From Candidatus Latescibacterota bacterium (GTDB lineage Bacteria > Latescibacterota > UBA2968 > UBA8231), in assembly GCA_965248355.1 (NCBI GenBank), contig OZ252098.1, forward strand, positions 2,464,001 to 2,528,000: 64,000 nucleotides of DNA. The letters are read 5' to 3'. Positions 11,084 through 20,224 of the stretch are shown here, piece by piece. Both the position numbers and the translations under genes were made by a program. The notes under the pieces were generated by a model. It did no database searches and was not told where the DNA came from. It saw only the letters and a list, made by a program, of their open reading frames with translations. How positions within the stretch are numbered: position 1 is the stretch's first letter; each line of letters begins with the position of its first letter.

Positions 11084-12460
11084 CTACTTCACCGCCACCA
11101 GCCGCTGCGCCAGGGATCCCTCGCGCGTCAGGGCGTACACCAGGATATTCACCCCCAGGCGGTAGGCGGCGATCTCGGGGGCAACGCTGACTCTCCCCTT
11201 TACGCTCATCATGCCCACGAGGTCAGCCTTGGCGTCGTCCTCTCGCAGTCGCTCCGCCATGCCCGCCCACAGGTCGCCGTAGTTCTTCATCGAGTACAGG
11301 CCCACCATCTCTTCCCCCAGGTAGATGCCCTCCAGGTATTCCGGGGTCTGCTCCGGTCGCTCCGATTCCGGCCAGTACGGAAACCAGATGTCTCTCAGGC
11401 CTTTGGGGACCGAGTCGAGATCGTAGTAGCTGTGATACACCGGGTGTTGCTGATCCAGACGCTCAAAGCGCCAATCTGCCAAGGGAGAGTAGCCGGCCTC
11501 ACGAAAGGCCACCTCCACCAGCCGGCGCATCGAGCGCAGATCCTGACGGCCCTGCCGGTCCGTCGGCAAGGTGGGAGTCACCACGTCGAAGTACACGAAC
11601 CCGCCGCTGGTAAGGTAGAATCCCAGGTTGCGCGCCTCGGACCGGGTGAACTCGAAATTGCTCGAGGCAGTGAACAGCAGGAAGGGAACCCGCATCAACT
11701 GCGAATCGTCCAGGCGAATGGCATCCAAGACCGTCGTCTTCACTTGCGTCTCCGACGACATCTTGTCCGCCAGCCCGTGGAGCATCTCCGCCTCGGCCAG
11801 GCGACGGTCGACCCCTGGAGGGCTGAAGCGCCTCAGAGGCCAAGCCTGGCGCTCGGCCGCCGCGATCAACTCGCTGGAGATACTCGCGAGATAGAGGAAG
11901 CCCTTGATCCCCCTGCGGTCGGAAGGATCGACGACGATCAGAGCCCGGTGCCGGCCCGAGTCCAACGCTTGTACGTCCACCAACTCCGCTCGCAGGTCGA
12001 CCCGATCGCCGCCGTCGCGCACCCCCTCCACGGGACTGGCTGCCACGGACGGCAGCGAGCGGGTGGGGACCATGGTCTGACGAGGGATCGGTAACGAGAC
12101 ACCGACACGGGTCCCCGCCGAAGGAATGGAAGCCAGGGCCAAAGGCGCATGATGTCCCACGGGAGAAAGGGCCACGGGCCGGCGGCCACCGCCCCTGTCC
12201 ACCCGCTGGATCGAAGGCCGCTGGATGACTGTGGCGCGCTGGCGCTCCAGGGGCCGTCGATGCGGCGACTGTGGGCGTACGAACTCCGGCCGGCGCACCA
12301 TTGGCTGCGGCGGCGGCGCCGGGTCGGACGCCCACTTGATCAGCAGCAACAGGTGCAGCAGCGCCGCGCTGAACAGACAGAGGGTGACGCGAACCCCTTC
12401 CCTGGATCTCGACCGCAGCATTCCTGTGCGCCTGGCCGAACTCCTGGGAGAGGATATCAC
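11084..12460 (-). CDS. DUF4159-domain protein with N-terminal membrane anchor and Pro-rich linker
   Basis: YLTSGGFVYFD, HPVYHSYY, YLEGIYLG and AYRLGVNILVYALT motifs; TM segment LCLFSAALLHLLLLI; GAGG before the GTG start. Confidence 0.82.
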   Translation of the reverse strand: MISSPRSSARRTGMLRSRSREGVRVTLCLFSAALLHLLLLIKWASDPAPPPQPMVRRPEFVRPQSPHRRPLERQRATVIQRPSIQRVDRGGGRRPVALSPVGHHAPLALASIPSAGTRVGVSLPIPRQTMVPTRSLPSVAASPVEGVRDGGDRVDLRAELVDVQALDSGRHRALIVVDPSDRRGIKGFLYLASISSELIAAAERQAWPLRRFSPPGVDRRLAEAEMLHGLADKMSSETQVKTTVLDAIRLDDSQLMRVPFLLFTASSNFEFTRSEARNLGFYLTSGGFVYFDVVTPTLPTDRQGRQDLRSMRRLVEVAFREAGYSPLADWRFERLDQQHPVYHSYYDLDSVPKGLRDIWFPYWPESERPEQTPEYLEGIYLGEEMVGLYSMKNYGDLWAGMAERLREDDAKADLVGMMSVKGRVSVAPEIAAYRLGVNILVYALTREGSLAQRLVAVK

Positions 12461-12530
12461 CTTGTCCTCGCTTGGGCGTATGACTCAGCCGGGCGGCCTT
12501 GAACCCGCACCGTCGGCGGCGAGACGGCCC

Positions 12531-14657
12531 TTACCTCGCCACCAGCATCTTCTGGACCAGCGAACGGCCTTCGAATTCCACCCGCAGAAGATACACACCC
12601 GAGGACACCGGCTCCCCTTGGTCCGTGCGCCCGTCCCACAAGACCTCGTGAGTCCCAGCAGCCAGCACCCCGCGGGCCAGGCTCCGAACCGGCTGGCCGG
12701 CGACGTTGTACACCCTCATCGAGACCGGATCCTCGTGCAGGCCTGCCTTGGTCAGCCGAATCACCACATTGGAGTTGAATGGATTGGGATAGACGCTGAT
12801 GGTGGAGAATTCTACGGGCCGGGGGCCCAAGTCCCCCGATTCCACGCTCGTCGCGTCGGAGTCGACGCCGCGGTTGAGGAAGGTGTGGGCTCCCCCCGTC
12901 CCTTTGGCCGAGGGTACCAGGACGACCACATCCGGCCAAGCGTCCCCGTTCAGGTCACCTGCGAGCACCTCTGAGCCAAGGCCTGCCAGCGGGTATCGGC
13001 CTTCCAGGGCAAACTGTCCCCCATCCTTTCCCGTGTACACGACCAAGGCGGGAGATCGGAGCCCTGCGTCTACGAACAAGATGTCCAAGCGTCCATCCAT
13101 GTCCAGGTCCCCGACCCACACGCTTCTCACCTGCACCCCCTCATCCAGAGTCTCCTCCACCATGGTGCCGTCCCCTGTGTTGGTCACGATCAGGAGATCA
13201 TCTGGTCCATAACGCCAGTTCGCATCCGCGAGTAAATCGATGTCATGGTCTCCGTCAAGATCACCCACAAACCTCAGTCCCAAACGGTCAACTCCCGAGT
13301 GGAGAGGCATCTCCGCCACCTCTCCGTCCTCATCCAGGCAGGTAACCAGGAAGTGGGCCGGCGAATCGAGATCGGCACTGAAGCTCCCTGCCCACAGCGC
13401 GCCGAGCCTGCCTCCGCCGCATGCGTTGGCCACCCCCCGAGTCAAGCGCCCTCCCCTCGGGCTCAGATCCACCATGGCGTCAAAGCGGCCCGTCCCGTCG
13501 TTCATCATCAAGCCGTGAAACGGCACCTGGTAGTCCTGTGCGAGCAGATCCAAATCGCCATCGCCATCGCCATCCGCCAGGCTGTAAAGCCATATCCCTT
13601 GCAGCTCTCCGGCGAGTTCCCACAGGCCGGAGCGACTTCGCAGTATCTGTGTGTGTGGGTAGCTTGTCCGAACCACTTCTGCTGACCCGTTCCCATCCGT
13701 ATCCCCGCTCAAGAGGGTGAAGAAACTATCGTGGGCCTCGGAAACCCACGGGCTCTGAAATTGCCCGAGACCATCCCCCATTGCCGTTAGCCAGCCGTAG
13801 GTGTCCACTGTGGTCCCTGCACCACCACTACCGAACCTCCACCACGCGGTCGCCAGATCCAGAGTTCCATCCCCGTCGAAGTCCTCCAATACGGCAACGG
13901 GGTGGCCAGGCAATCCTCCGGATGCGCCAACGCCGATCAGTCCGAGAGAGGTGAATCGCGCCTCCTCGAGAAGGAGGCCGGGGGGAGCCCCGGCCTCCAA
14001 AGGCGGAGGGCTCAGCTCTCCCCTGAGCTGCTCTTCAAATCCCGTCAGGATGATCCGATCCACCTCAACCGAGCGCACGTTCCCACCTGACTCACCAGGA
14101 TCAAGACGAAGGGCCACATGAAAGTCCCTCAACTCTCCACTCCAGGTGCCCTCCTCGGCTTTGCGGAGGTCGAAGGTGAACTCCTGCCACGACCCATCCG
14201 CCACAATTGGGTTGTCAAGAAACATCAGTGTGCCCCACCCGGGATACCACAAATGCTCGTTCCAAGCCAGCCTGGGGCCGACCAGAAACGGCGTGTCCGT
14301 CACGAACCGAGCGCGCACTCCCACTTGGTCGAACAGAGCCGTGTCATGCCCGATGATCGGTGACAGGATCTCCAGCGAGGGAGTAACGCGCTCAGAGAAC
14401 TCCCTCCCCGATACCCAGAGTTCCGGGATGTCAATGATCCAGGAACCACCGTCTATCTGAGTGTCGTAGATCTCTTCACCTTGCTGGTAATCCCCCTGCC
14501 ACGCCGTCCATGGGCTCGTTGTGGCCGCCTCTTCTTCGGTGAACTCCCACGTGATGGCGGACAGGTTGGAGGCAGATAGGGTTACAGAGCAGACGACCAC
14601 CAGGACGATCCTGTCGCAATCTCGCCCGGAAAGTGGGCATCTGACAGTGCGGGTCAC
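12531..14657 (-). CDS. Secreted FG-GAP/VCBS-repeat protein with C-terminal FlgD-Ig domain (708 aa)
   Basis: GTG 14657 follows AAGGAGG. Repeats DFDGDGTLDL, DGDGDGDLDLL, DLDGDHDIDLL, DLDMDGRLDIL and DLNGDAWPDV; C-terminal YPNPFN...WDGRTDQGEPVSSGVY. Confidence 0.9.
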   Translation of the reverse strand: MTRTVRCPLSGRDCDRIVLVVVCSVTLSASNLSAITWEFTEEEAATTSPWTAWQGDYQQGEEIYDTQIDGGSWIIDIPELWVSGREFSERVTPSLEILSPIIGHDTALFDQVGVRARFVTDTPFLVGPRLAWNEHLWYPGWGTLMFLDNPIVADGSWQEFTFDLRKAEEGTWSGELRDFHVALRLDPGESGGNVRSVEVDRIILTGFEEQLRGELSPPPLEAGAPPGLLLEEARFTSLGLIGVGASGGLPGHPVAVLEDFDGDGTLDLATAWWRFGSGGAGTTVDTYGWLTAMGDGLGQFQSPWVSEAHDSFFTLLSGDTDGNGSAEVVRTSYPHTQILRSRSGLWELAGELQGIWLYSLADGDGDGDLDLLAQDYQVPFHGLMMNDGTGRFDAMVDLSPRGGRLTRGVANACGGGRLGALWAGSFSADLDSPAHFLVTCLDEDGEVAEMPLHSGVDRLGLRFVGDLDGDHDIDLLADANWRYGPDDLLIVTNTGDGTMVEETLDEGVQVRSVWVGDLDMDGRLDILFVDAGLRSPALVVYTGKDGGQFALEGRYPLAGLGSEVLAGDLNGDAWPDVVVLVPSAKGTGGAHTFLNRGVDSDATSVESGDLGPRPVEFSTISVYPNPFNSNVVIRLTKAGLHEDPVSMRVYNVAGQPVRSLARGVLAAGTHEVLWDGRTDQGEPVSSGVYLLRVEFEGRSLVQKMLVAR

Positions 14658-14680
14658 TCTCGGCCTCCTTCGAGGGCCAC

Positions 14681-16010
14681 TTATCTCGCCACCAGCATCT
14701 TCTGGACCATTGAACGGCCACCGGTGTCCACCCGAAGGAAGTACGCCCCCGACGACACAAGTTCCCCCCGGTCCGTGCGCCCGTCCCACAAGACCTCGTG
14801 GGTCTCGGCAGCCAGCACCCCGCGGGCCAAGCTCCGAACCGGCTGACCGGCGACGTTGTACACCGTCATCGACACCGGGTCTCCGTCCAGGTCTGCCTTG
14901 GTCAACCGTATCACCACGTTCGAGTTGAACGGATTGGGATAGACGCTGACGACCGGGGACGCCTGGGGCTTCGGATCAAGCTCTCCTGATGCCACGCTCG
15001 TCGCGTCGCCGTCGATGCCCCGGTTGAGGAAGGTGTAGGCTCCTCCCGTCCCCGGAAACCCACGGGCTCCGAAACTGCCCGGAACCATCCCCAACGCAGT
15101 CAGCCAGCCGTGTGAGTCCAGAATGGCCTCTGCATCATCACTCCACCCGTACCTCCACCACGCGCTCGCCAGATCCAGGGCGCCATCCTCATCGAAATCG
15201 TTCAATACAGCTGCGGGGTACTCCGGGAGTCCGCCGGATCTGCCAACGCCTATCAGGCCGAGGGAGGTGAACCGAGCTTCCTCGAGCAACTGGCCGGGGG
15301 GAGCTCCCGCTCCCAAGGGTGGAGGGCTCAGCTCTCCCTTAAGCTGCTCTTCGAATCCCGTCAGGATGATCCGATCAATCTCAACCAAGCGCACGTTCCC
15401 ACCCGACTCACCAGGATCGAAGAGGAAGGCCACATGAAAGTCCTTCAACTCCCCACTCCAGGTGCCCTCCTTGGCCTTGCGGAGGTCGAAGGTGAAGTCC
15501 TGCCACGACCCGTCCGCCACGATTGGGTTCTCCAGAAACATCAGTGTGGCCCGCCCGGGCTCCCACAAATGCTGGTTCCATGCCAGCCTGGGTCCGACAA
15601 GAAATGGCGGTCCGTCACGAATCGAGCGCGCACTCGAACCTGGTCGAACAGAGCCGAGTCATGCCCGATGATCGGTGACAGGATCTCCAGGGAGGGAATC
15701 GCTCTCTTGGAGAACTCCCTCCCCGACACCCAGAGTTCCGGGATGTCGATGATCCAGGATCCACCTTCTATCCGAGTTTCGTAGACCTCCTCGCCCTGCT
15801 GAAAGTTCGACTGCCACGCTGTCCAGGGGCTTGTCGTCGCCCCCTCTTCGTCCGTGAACTCCCAGGTGCGGACAGGTTGGATCCAGTTGCAGTTGCCACA
15901 GAGACAGCGATGACCAGCAGATGGGTGCCTTGGGAGGCAGAAAGGAGGCAGGAGAATAGGCGACGCCAAGCCCTTGGTCCCGCGAGTGCACGAAGCTCTG
16001 AGACTGCCAA
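14681..16010 (-). pseudogene. Degenerate tandem paralog of the FG-GAP/FlgD gene
   Basis: Homology to 12531..14657 is spread over several frames (shifts near 15870, 15610 and 15090). Most FG-GAP repeats are deleted (about 280 codons). Likely TTG start at 16010 after AAGGAG. Confidence 0.82.
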
Positions 16011-16051
16011 GTGGAGGTTCTCCTTGTCGAACGAGCATATAGGAACCCACC

Positions 16052-16090
16052 GATCATGGGGGCTGAATTGGGGGGGCAGCCCCCATGATC
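16052..16090. repeat. Perfect 14-bp inverted repeat (hairpin) in the predicted operon leader
   Basis: GATCATGGGGGCTG (16052..16065), 11-nt loop, CAGCCCCCATGATC (16077..16090). Confidence 0.85.
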
Positions 16091-16146
16091 CAGGGAGGGG
16101 CTGCTTGGTCTCAAGCTGAAGTGAAGCCGATAGGCCCCTTACCTCT

Positions 16147-16163
16147 ATGCACTTTCCATGCCC
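16147..16163 (-). promoter_or_regulatory. Sigma54 -24/-12 promoter of the envelope operon
   Basis: Minus strand GGGCATG-GAAA-GTGCAT has exact GG-N10-GC spacing versus consensus TGGCACG-N4-TTGCW; it lies downstream of phased palindromes and an activator gene. Confidence 0.75.
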
Positions 16164-16291
16164 AAAGCACAGGGATTGCGCGAGGAGAGTCCTCCAAGAG
16201 TGCTCTAACCTATTGCCAACTAAGATAGTTAAGGAAGTTTTCGAAGTGCTTCCGATGTGCGGCCAGCCCATTCCTGCAAGCCCCAGAAGCG

Positions 16292-16348
16292 TACGTATTT
16301 CCGTATCTGAGGATACGGTTCGCCGTATTCACAGTACGGATTTCCGTA
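16292..16348. promoter_or_regulatory. Three tandem palindromic upstream activator sites, TACGG-N4-CCGTA
   Basis: TACGTATTTCCGTA (16292), TACGGTTCGCCGTA (16314), TACGGATTTCCGTA (16335). Periods of 22 and 21 bp; 130-186 bp upstream of the -24 GG. Confidence 0.8.
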
Positions 16349-16374
16349 TTCTCTCAGGCCAAAGCTGCCTTGGA

Positions 16375-19300
16375 CTACTTGTCTTTGCCGGGCGTCCTCG
16401 GTCGCCGAAGCCCATAGTGGCGCATGCGGGAGCGCAGCCGTTCCGGGTTCATGCCCAACAAGCGTGCCGCGCCCCGCTCGCCATAGATGATCCAGTTGGC
16501 GACTCGAAGCGCCGCAAGTAGTTGCTGCTTTTCTTCCGCCCCTTCAGCGGGATGGGGGAGCGGCGAAAACGGGTCCCTAGCGTCGGTGTACTGGGCTCGT
16601 CCCTCAGCCCGCGGAAGCGATAGATCTTCCGCCCGGATGACTCCGTCCTGGGACAACAAGACTGCGCGTTGGATCAGGTGTTCCAGCTCGCGCACATTGC
16701 CGGGCCAGGAATACCGTTCCAGGTGCGCGAGCACGCTGTCGTCTATCGTCGGTGTCGGCCTCTCCAGATGCCGTGCATACCGTTCTGCGAAATGCAATAC
16801 CAAAGCCGGTACATCCTCTTGCCGCTGTCGCAGCGGCGGAAGTTCCAAGGTGAAGACGCTCAGCCGGTAGAACAGGTCTTCACGAAATCTGCCTTCCTGG
16901 ATAGCCTGCCGCATGTCGCGGTTAGTCGCCGCGATGACCCGAACATTCACATTCACGGGCTGCTGGCCGCCAAGGCGGGTGACCGTGCTCTCCTCCAGGA
17001 TGTGCAGCAGCACTCGCTGAGACTCCACCGGCAGATCGCCGATCTCGTCCAGAAAGAGCGTGCCGCCGTCAGCCAATTCAAAGCGGCCGAGTTGCCGGGT
17101 TGCCGCGCCGGTAAAGGCCCCCTTCTCGTGACCGAACAATTCACTTTCTACCAACCCGACCGGTAGCGCCCCGCAATTGACGCGGATAAAGGGTCCCTTG
17201 CGACGAGTGCTTGCCTCGTGGATGGTCTCTGCCAGCAAACCCTTACCGGTGCCAGTCTCACCGAGCACCAGCACCGTCATCTCGGTCTTGGCGACGTCCA
17301 CGGCCTGTCCCATCACTCGGCGCATGGATGCACTCTGGCTGTGCACGACATGGTCGGTAGCTCGCAATACGCTCTCAAGGGCGTGGATCCGCTCCGTCGT
17401 CTTGTCGGGGAGGATCTGAACTCCCAGGCTGGCAACCTCGGAAAGCAAGCCGTCGCGATCCATCGTCCGCACCTCAAAACGGTACTCGCCTACCGGCAGG
17501 GCTCTGTACGAGACCTCATTGGCAGCTGAGTAGGCGCTCCACTGTTCACGGGAGTCGTAACCCAAGAGCCGATGGCTGTAGCGCATCTGTCCAGCTCCCG
17601 TGCGGAAACTGATGCCCTGGAAGCGAATACGTATTTCCGGCGTGCTCTCGGGGCAAGATACGGCCTCTGGAGCAGACGAGACGGTGCCAGCCATCACCTC
17701 GCGAATCACCAAGCCCGGTGGTGTGTGTCCCGTCCGATAGGCGACCAGTCCCGCGCGCGTCCCGAACCAAACCCGGCCACTGCGGTCGCACAGTACCGCT
17801 TCGACCTTGTTCTCCAGGGCGGAGGGCCCCAAGCGTATACTCTGGAAGGTCTCGCCGTCGTAGCGCAGCACGCCGCCCCCACTCGTGCCTATCCAGATGT
17901 TGCCCTGCGAATCGGCGCTAAGGGCCAGGATGCCATTGGCTGTCAGCCCCGATTCCTCGGCAGTAAACCGGCGAACCTGCCGCGTCACGAGATCGAGGGC
18001 AAAGAGCCCCTTCAGCGTGCCTATCCACAGAGTGTCTTCAAACTCCCACAAGACGTTGACATAGGCTATGGACTCCGCACCGGCTAAGTCTGCCGGACGA
18101 AACTCCCCACTCTCGTAACACCAAAGCGCTGGTTGGCATCCAAAAGAGCCAATCCAGACAACTCCAGTCTGATCTTGTATGAGGGTACGGCACCCATGCT
18201 CGAAACGCTCGTCCAACGGGGTGAAACGAGTATCCTCTATCCAGCCGAGACGGCCCTCGCAGTTGCCGACCCAGATACGCCCTTGGCTGTCTTCGCACAG
18301 TGCTGGGAATAGACCAGAGTGGGAATCTTCGGTCACCCCAATCACCTGCGGCGTTTGCCCCTCCCATCTATACACCTGGCCACTGTCTCCACCACTCCAA
18401 ACCCGCCCCTGGCGATCCACCACCATCGCCGAAACCACTTCCTTCATCTCGGATGGGTGAACTTGACCCTCTTCCATGTAGGCCATGCCTCCCATCGTGC
18501 CAATCCACATCCGTCCGTCGGCATCCTCTCCTAAGGACAGAATCTCACGGTCCGGCAGACCGTCCGCCTTGCTGTAGCGGTGTATGCTGGCCAAGTCGCA
18601 ACATACCAGCCCGCCACCCCAAAGCCCGATCCAGATATTGCCTTCACGGTCCTCGTAGGTCAGGCGTGTTTCCGAGAAGTCAATCTCCGGCAGGGCGGCG
18701 GAAAGGGAGTGCCATCCGTGTCCATTGTAGCAGAGCACGCCCCGGCGAGCTAGCCAGAGCCAATCTCGCCCGTCACTACGGATGTGCCGTGTCCCTTGCT
18801 GCACTGCGCCTTCGTCCTCATTGCTCACCTCAATAAACGAGAGACACTCTTCTCCTGGATCATAGCGACCGATCAAGGATTCGGTCCCCGCGTAGCGGAA
18901 GGCGATCCACAGGCAGCCGGTAGAGTCTTGAGCAAACTTCCAGAGACATGCGAGTGACCGATCGCCAGTATCCATCCGTCGGCCGTCCAGACTGAGGATT
19001 CCTCGACCCCACGTGGCCAGCCAAGTAGTGCCGGCGGCATCGGTGACCAGATCATGCACCGTGCCCAGTGGTTGTCCGTCAATGTGGGTTACGGACGTTA
19101 TGCAGCGGCCTTCCGCAACCCACGCCACGCCCGCACCAGTCAACGCCAGAATCGAGCCATCCGGTTGAGGTTGCAGGCCTAGGATCTCGTTTGAAGGCAG
19201 GCCTTGCTCAGTGGTGTACACCTGAAAGCCACGTCCATCGTAAGCGGCAATTCCACCGCCGAAGGTACCGAACAGCAGCTGCCCGTCGGCTGCCTCGGCA

Positions 19301-19509
19301 ATGGCCATGACAGTCAAATTGGGCAAACCGTCCTTGAGGCCAAGAGTATCAAATCTAGCGCTGTCGAACCGGCTGACGCCCCCGTCGGCCGTGGCAATCC
19401 AGAGGTAGCCTAGACGGTCTTGGTAGATGTCCTCCACGTGCATCCCAGCTAGCCCATCGAAAACCGTGTACTGGCTGCTCAACAGGTTTTCAAAGGAGAT
19501 TTCGCTCAT
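16375..19509 (-). CDS. Two-component-regulator propeller + Y_Y_Y + sigma54 AAA+ activator + Fis-type HTH fusion
   Basis: Repeated D..G.(L/I)WIGT.GG blades; Y_Y_Y-like [84 protein letters not shown]. Alternative GTG start at 19518. Confidence 0.92.
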   Translation of the reverse strand: MSEISFENLLSSQYTVFDGLAGMHVEDIYQDRLGYLWIATADGGVSRFDSARFDTLGLKDGLPNLTVMAIAEAADGQLLFGTFGGGIAAYDGRGFQVYTTEQGLPSNEILGLQPQPDGSILALTGAGVAWVAEGRCITSVTHIDGQPLGTVHDLVTDAAGTTWLATWGRGILSLDGRRMDTGDRSLACLWKFAQDSTGCLWIAFRYAGTESLIGRYDPGEECLSFIEVSNEDEGAVQQGTRHIRSDGRDWLWLARRGVLCYNGHGWHSLSAALPEIDFSETRLTYEDREGNIWIGLWGGGLVCCDLASIHRYSKADGLPDREILSLGEDADGRMWIGTMGGMAYMEEGQVHPSEMKEVVSAMVVDRQGRVWSGGDSGQVYRWEGQTPQVIGVTEDSHSGLFPALCEDSQGRIWVGNCEGRLGWIEDTRFTPLDERFEHGCRTLIQDQTGVVWIGSFGCQPALWCYESGEFRPADLAGAESIAYVNVLWEFEDTLWIGTLKGLFALDLVTRQVRRFTAEESGLTANGILALSADSQGNIWIGTSGGGVLRYDGETFQSIRLGPSALENKVEAVLCDRSGRVWFGTRAGLVAYRTGHTPPGLVIREVMAGTVSSAPEAVSCPESTPEIRIRFQGISFRTGAGQMRYSHRLLGYDSREQWSAYSAANEVSYRALPVGEYRFEVRTMDRDGLLSEVASLGVQILPDKTTERIHALESVLRATDHVVHSQSASMRRVMGQAVDVAKTEMTVLVLGETGTGKGLLAETIHEASTRRKGPFIRVNCGALPVGLVESELFGHEKGAFTGAATRQLGRFELADGGTLFLDEIGDLPVESQRVLLHILEESTVTRLGGQQPVNVNVRVIAATNRDMRQAIQEGRFREDLFYRLSVFTLELPPLRQRQEDVPALVLHFAERYARHLERPTPTIDDSVLAHLERYSWPGNVRELEHLIQRAVLLSQDGVIRAEDLSLPRAEGRAQYTDARDPFSPLPHPAEGAEEKQQLLAALRVANWIIYGERGAARLLGMNPERLRSRMRHYGLRRPRTPGKDK

Positions 19510-19730
19510 GCTCGTCACTCCGACGGTTGGGAGTCCCCCGGATCCACGCCTAAGATAGCTCGCTCGGCTTCTTCCTGCGCCTGCCCAATGGCCAAGCCAT
19601 GAGCGGCTCTAGCGCTACCAACGCCACGGCACCGCGAGTTTGTTCGCCGCCCCTCGAGGTCACCAGGGGCCGCATCCAGGCCGGGCACGCGAGGCGACGC
19701 GGGCGCCGGGAGTTTCTCGCGCTCCATCAC

Positions 19731-19980
19731 GGCGAGACGTTCGGCCAGGGTGCCCGGGGGCGGGGTCTCTGACGGACGCCGCAGGCGGGGCGGCAGGTCC
19801 GTCTCGTCCACCTGCTGGCCGTTGCAGAGGATGGCGGCGCCTCGGATGACGTTCTCCAGCTCGCGTGTGTTGCCCGGCCAGGCGCATGACCGCAGGAGGT
19901 CCAATGGCGCCGGGCGTGACCTCTTCAACGGGCGGCTCCAGCTCCGACCGACCCGTTGCAGGAAGTGCTCCACGAAGCAG
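19731..19980 (-). pseudogene. Degenerate direct copy of part of the adjacent NtrC-type regulator gene (20369..20617)
   Basis: EHFLQRVG...WPGNTRELENVIRGAAILCNGQQVDETDLPPRLRRPSET, near-identical at DNA level with small indels. Confidence 0.85.
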
Positions 19981-20224
19981 GGTTCGACGCCCCGGTGCGA
20001 GGGAGGATCCGGGAATGACCGCCGTCAGAAGGGCCGGCCCTACGGTTTGACACATATCTTCGTAGAACCCCAGGGTCCTGTGGCTGCAGGGTCGCGCAAT
20101 CCTGTTCCGTCAACGAAATCTGGGTCGCAGGCCGGGCCATGCCACCAACATACTATGACGACAACTCGTACAAATGAGCACTAGGTGACGGGACCGTACC
20201 CTGGCAGTCAAGACAGGCGCCGGC

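Noticed and set aside
1..16010. Diversity-generating retroelement behind the FG-GAP paralogs
   Set aside because: No reverse transcriptase gene and no template/variable repeat pair with adenine-specific differences seen.
16292..16348. Mini CRISPR array
   Set aside because: Units are 14 bp with 7-8 bp gaps and there are no cas genes; fits operator sites.
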